Made by a program: the position numbers and the translations under genes | Notes under the pieces: generated by a model | Told to the model about the DNA's origin: nothing | Database searches by the model: none | Seen by the model: only the letters and a program-made list of their open reading frames with translations | Shown here: piece by piece, positions 46,200 to 47,815 of the stretch | Numbering within the stretch: the stretch's first letter is position 1 | Layout of the letters: every line of letters starts with the position of its first letter | Source of the DNA: an uncultured archaeon | GTDB taxonomy: Archaea; Hadarchaeota; Hadarchaeia; Hadarchaeales; Hadarchaeaceae | Reading direction: 5' to 3' | Length of the DNA: 47,815 nt | NCBI GenBank assembly: GCA_937921735.1 | Contig: CAKZTQ010000018.1 | Location: 1-47,815 of the forward strand

Positions 46200-46660
46200 C
46201 ACCTCAAGAGGGACCTCGGGCGCACAGCTTGGGCGATCGCCAGTCGCTTCTCGGCCGCCACTTGTCCTGGCTCGATCAGCCTGAGCGCCTCGGGCATGCA
46301 CAGCCTCACGCAGGCCGGGTCGCCGCCACAAAGGTCGCACTTGGCCGCCTTGCCCTCGATGATGGAGATCGCTCCGAAGGGGCAGGCCTCAACGCAGAGG
46401 GAGCAACCTATGCAGCGCGCCACGTCGACCTCGACCACCCCGGCTTTCGTCCGCCGGATGGCGCCGCTTGGACAGGCCCTCATACAGGGCGGGTCAGCAC
46501 ACTGCCGACAAGTGAGCGCGACGTCGATGGCCGGCTCCCGCCTTACCACGCGGATGCGGGATTTTTTTGGATTGAAAACCTTCTCGTGAACCCCCGAGCA
46601 GACCAGCTCGCATGTCCTGCAGCCCGTGCACTTTTCAAGGTCACAGAACACGTAGGGCAC
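46199..46660 (-). CDS. 4Fe-4S dicluster (polyferredoxin) subunit of the AOR
   Basis: CTGCRTCELVC, CRQC..PPC..ACP, CIGCSLCVEACP, KCDLC.GDPACV..C; overlaps the AOR start. Confidence 0.93.
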   Translation of the reverse strand: MPYVFCDLEKCTGCRTCELVCSGVHEKVFNPKKSRIRVVRREPAIDVALTCRQCADPPCMRACPSGAIRRTKAGVVEVDVARCIGCSLCVEACPFGAISIIEGKAAKCDLCGGDPACVRLCMPEALRLIEPGQVAAEKRLAIAQAVRPRSLLR

Positions 46661-46728
46661 GTTCTTACCTCGACCAAGGGGGGTTCACTGACATCAAATA
46701 AAAATTTTACCCCCAAACCCAAACCCAA

Positions 46729-46740
46729 GAAAGTATAAAA
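46729..46740 (+). promoter_or_regulatory. BRE/TATA promoter of the sms-like gene (probably leaderless)
   Basis: GAAAGTATAAAA about 24 nt upstream of ATG 46765. Confidence 0.55.
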
Positions 46741-46764
46741 ATCGCCTTACCCTAGTATTGAACA

Positions 46765-47815
46765 ATGCCTAAGTTCGATGAAATTCCGCTCTCGGAATTG
46801 CGGGAGATTTCACTTGGAAGAACCTCTTGGCTTTTGGACCTTATCAAGTTCGTAGAGGGTGGGACATACTTGTTAGCTGGTGAACCCGGGATAGGAAAAA
46901 CCACCCTTGCCCTCCAGGTTGGCTGCGATGTGGCCGAACAGGGGGAAAAAGTTCTTTATCTCACATCAGAACAGTCCCCCTCCGATCTGAAGTCGACAAT
47001 TTTGCGTTTGTTCGGTTCTGAGGGCGTTCCCCAAGGGGTGATTGATAACCTAATCATAGAGCCCCTCGTCAGGCTGGAGGATCTTGAGCTATGGCGGAGC
47101 CACCTCGTCGAGGCGGGCGTGGGGGAGTACCGCAACGTGAAGCTACTGATCTTGGATTCAATCCAAGCTGGTGGGATCTCGCCCACTGCTAGAAAGCCCT
47201 ACCGAGATCTAATTAGATTTACCACGGTTCTGAAAAACAGGGGCATCAGCTCGCTTCTCATTTCTCACGTGACAAAGGCGGGTCTTATCGCTGGACCGAA
47301 GGACATAGAGCACCACGTGGATTGCATCCTCCAGTATCGAAAGGCGTTCAAGCTTCGCCCGCTCTTCGTGCCCAAAAACAGGTTCGGGCCAGCGAGATTA
47401 GATCCGTTTGTGCTCGAGATGGGAGAGAGGGGCTTAGTTCCATCTCCTCACATTGCGCCGATGGGCTCAAAGATTCACGGGTTCGATCTATCGTCAGCTG
47501 TGGATGCGGAGGTGCAGGTAAAGGTCCAGATACCAAAGTGGGGCGAGAGACCCGGCTTGAGAGCTCCCTATCTTCCCGGCGAAAAAATCGAACAGCTAGT
47601 CGCCGCTGTGTGCGAAATCCCCGGCATCGATGCCTCCGCTTTGACTTATCTCATCCGCTGTTACGTGCCTGGGGCGCCCATAACATACGAGTTCGGGTTG
47701 GATTTGGCCGTGGTGGTTGGCCTATTGTCCTCCTACCTGCAACGGGAGGTTCCTAACACGTATGGTTTTTATGGTGAGGTCGACCTCATGGGTTCTGTGC
47801 GGTCGGCATCAGGAC
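46765..47815 (+). CDS. RadA/Sms-like ATPase (RecA fold plus Lon-like C-terminal domain) lacking the N-terminal Zn finger; runs off the window
   Basis: Not in the ORF track; hand-translated: MPKFDEIPLSELREI...LLAGEPGIGKTTLALQ...VLYLTSEQS...LILDSIQ...ISHVTKAGLIAGPKDIEHHVD...KNRFGP...LDLAVVVGLLSS...YGEVDLMGSVR. Confidence 0.88.
   Translation, partial: MPKFDEIPLSELREISLGRTSWLLDLIKFVEGGTYLLAGEPGIGKTTLALQVGCDVAEQGEKVLYLTSEQSPSDLKSTILRLFGSEGVPQGVIDNLIIEPLVRLEDLELWRSHLVEAGVGEYRNVKLLILDSIQAGGISPTARKPYRDLIRFTTVLKNRGISSLLISHVTKAGLIAGPKDIEHHVDCILQYRKAFKLRPLFVPKNRFGPARLDPFVLEMGERGLVPSPHIAPMGSKIHGFDLSSAVDAEVQVKVQIPKWGERPGLRAPYLPGEKIEQLVAAVCEIPGIDASALTYLIRCYVPGAPITYEFGLDLAVVVGLLSSYLQREVPNTYGFYGEVDLMGSVRSASG

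Noticed and set aside
46712-46728. CCCAAA tandem repeat upstream of the sms-like promoter
   Set aside because: Fewer than three full units; too short to distinguish from chance.

Overview
Archaeal chromosomal segment. The evidence is an archaeal histone, RFC large subunit, Mre11/Rad50, a SAMP/MoaD-type ubiquitin-like protein, a tungsten-type AOR and BRE/TATA promoters. The GC-rich composition and gene content would fit a Hadarchaeota-like lineage, but that is only an inference. From left to right: (1) a divergent isoprenyl-diphosphate-synthase-like gene (partial), an orphan Cas2/VapD-like ORF and a Trm112/Zn-ribbon methyltransferase; (2) an Lrp regulator divergent from a DUF1152-PHP-hisCGABFDHI operon with no hisE; (3) a Moco/Wco operon moaC-moaB-moeA1-moeA2-mobB-moaA followed by a creatininase-family gene, truA and an M29 peptidase; (4) rfcL, four pilin-like genes, topA-mre11-rad50, an Lhr helicase, SAMP and an HD hydrolase; (5) a ~14 kb catabolic region with a PreA-like reductase, SsnA-like amidohydrolase, cyclic amidohydrolase, ADP-forming acyl-CoA synthetase (degenerate alpha subunit), carbamate kinase, YgeW/AOTCase-like carbamoyltransferase, an ABC-transporter relic and W-AOR with its ferredoxin subunit, resembling an archaeal variant of anaerobic purine/pyrimidine ring degradation; (6) a bacterial-type RadA/Sms-like ATPase without the Zn finger (partial). 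I saw no rRNA, tRNA, CRISPR array or IS element. All calls come from motif recognition by eye, with no database searches.
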